DNA of 64,000 nucleotides from Marsupella aquatica. Taxonomy: Eukaryota; Plantae; Marchantiophyta. Under the pieces are notes generated by a model, which saw nothing but the letters and a program-made list of their open reading frames with translations, was not told the origin of the DNA and did not search any database. The stretch spans positions 7,428,184 through 7,492,183 of the forward strand of contig OZ316895.1 of the NCBI GenBank assembly GCA_973895155.1, in the 5' to 3' direction. Shown in pieces: positions 62,241 to 64,000 of this stretch; the first letter of the stretch is position 1; the number at the start of each line of letters is the position of its first letter. The position numbers and the translations under genes are program-made.

Positions 62241-64000
62241 GCTCAACTCACTTACTATCGGCAATCTGTCCACCACACAAACATTGGGCTATGTAATCAT
62301 GAATTGACTGAGAATACTTGTTACTGTTAAAACCCCAGGGGCATGAAACCATGCGGTACTTTTGTCTCCCTTTAACTTGGAGCGGTTTGGCTTGATTTCT
62401 CTGCACTACAACGAATGGGACCAGACTTTATTCAGAGAAATTGTGGATGCTTCAGCTGGCTAAACCCAACATTCCTCTCGTCAATTGAAGTGCCTAATGC
62501 ACTTTATTGTACGTTCTCGGTTTTGAAATCTAATTCTGCTGCTACTGGCCGAGACACAGAATATTGGGCCCCATCCACGTCACACTTCAAATTCAAGTTC
62601 TGTTTCTCAATTCCGCTCTTTGGAAAGTGGCTGGCATCACCATGTGGTTACAGCGTCTACGCTCTGGACAGAGTAACATATAATCAAACAGAAGAAAATT
62701 AACGGAATTCAAGCTCTCGATTTTAACAGTGTCCACAAGCACTGTAAGCAGAAGCAGAAGCAGAAGCAGAAATCTGATGCCAGTCACCTCTGAAAAGATA
62801 TAGCATATGCCCAGATTACAAAGAAAATCCCATATCAAAAACAGTCAAACGTCTCGGTTAATCCTTCAATCATCAACCAAAATGTCCAAGTAGAGATACT
62901 GGTTCTTGCGGTTCTTGTCCATGTGGACAATGGTCTTTTATCACAATTCGATTTCATAATTCTACAGTTTACATCAAAAGTCCTTGGTGATGGGGAATAG
63001 TAAAATGTTCAATCGCAGAGCAGAGGGAAGACGAAGACATCAACCTCCGTAGTGATAATCAGTACTGATCCCATCTATTTTTCACACCCCATCAATTATG
63101 AACATCCCATAATGCTGATCTGCGCCTTCCTAATATTATTCACTAGTGCAAATTTGAGTCATCGTTGCCTCAATTCTCCTTCCTCCAAGACACTCTATTG
63201 CCAGTGTGCTATGGTGGACTCTCAATTCAGCTAGACAACCATAGCCTTCTAAGAGTAACAACAGCCAGCCCACTCCGTTTATATCACAACGCTGCTGCCC
63301 TACAATCGGAACTACTTGACGTCCAAAGCAGGTCACGATCCCAAAGTACACTGAAAAGATGATGACTCCACCTACTCTTTTTTCTCGCTGTAGGCTTTTA
63401 GACTGATAGACACTTCAACTTTCCCAAGGATGATCCAGGGTATTGTTCGGGAAAGCTCCTTCCTGCAGACCTTCAGAGAAACAACTGCAGGCTAAATTCC
63501 TATGCTTCAACCCAGTAGTAATCAAATTAATCGACTCAAGTGTGTACATGTGACATCTTTCGGCTAATTCTGATTTCTTTCAGAGGTACAGCACCTCTAC
63601 AGCTGTTCTCAGGCTGCTTGGTTTCCCAGAGTTCCCCTTCATCGCCTCGATTTGGCCTCCCACCTCGATCTATCCTACCCTTTCCCCTTTGCTTCCCTGT
63701 GACCTGGGGCGGACTTCGGACACGAATTTGGATGAACCACGATGGTGGGAACGCTGGAGATCCTGCTGGATTGGTTGCTTCGTTTGTTTCGTGCCCCATT
63801 AATAGCCAATTTCTTTCTTGATCCGCAGTTCTACTGCCCCTGACGACCAGAATCAGAAGCCAGGACCCTTCTCATACCTTCTTTACATCCTTCACTGGGT
63901 AAACCGCTAAAGTAATGATCTTTCAAGAAATCTGTCGATTAAAGGCATCCACTAATATATTACAAATCATTCCTACCATTACATACAACGTAAGATTTAT

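Noticed and set aside
63536-63821. ORFs near the right window edge
   Set aside because: Short, overlapping on both strands, with no recognisable domain or splice-consistent model.

Overview
Eukaryotic nuclear DNA from a land plant. The gene set, GT-AG introns and intergenic style suggest a non-seed plant, probably a liverwort-type bryophyte; this is an inference. Five protein-coding genes are supported: (1) TAF5 (minus strand, 19 hand-assembled exons, 688 aa); (2) an intronless GT37 xyloglucan-fucosyltransferase-like gene (+); (3) an intronless 817-aa mostly disordered protein with conserved plant motifs (-); (4) a 9-exon peptidase M50B-like membrane metalloprotease (+, 234 aa), which the ORF track shows only in fragments; (5) an intronless ~521-aa orphan with a C-terminal CxxC..CxxC motif (-). 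The intergenic DNA holds many transposon relics: two ~94% identical solo LTRs with intact TSDs, a second LTR family, a decayed Copia pol whose integrase segment has amplified into a 100-bp tandem array, and several non-autonomous TIR elements. One of these is extremely G-rich with an 8-bp TSD; two have apparent 6-bp TSDs, and one of those carries a tRNA-like A/B-box cassette. There is also a ~255-bp near-perfect inverted repeat, a symmetric array of five 18-bp palindromes, and several minisatellites. No CRISPR array, rRNA or intact tRNA gene was found. I cannot demonstrate a new biological system from sequence alone; the best leads are ranked in the findings.
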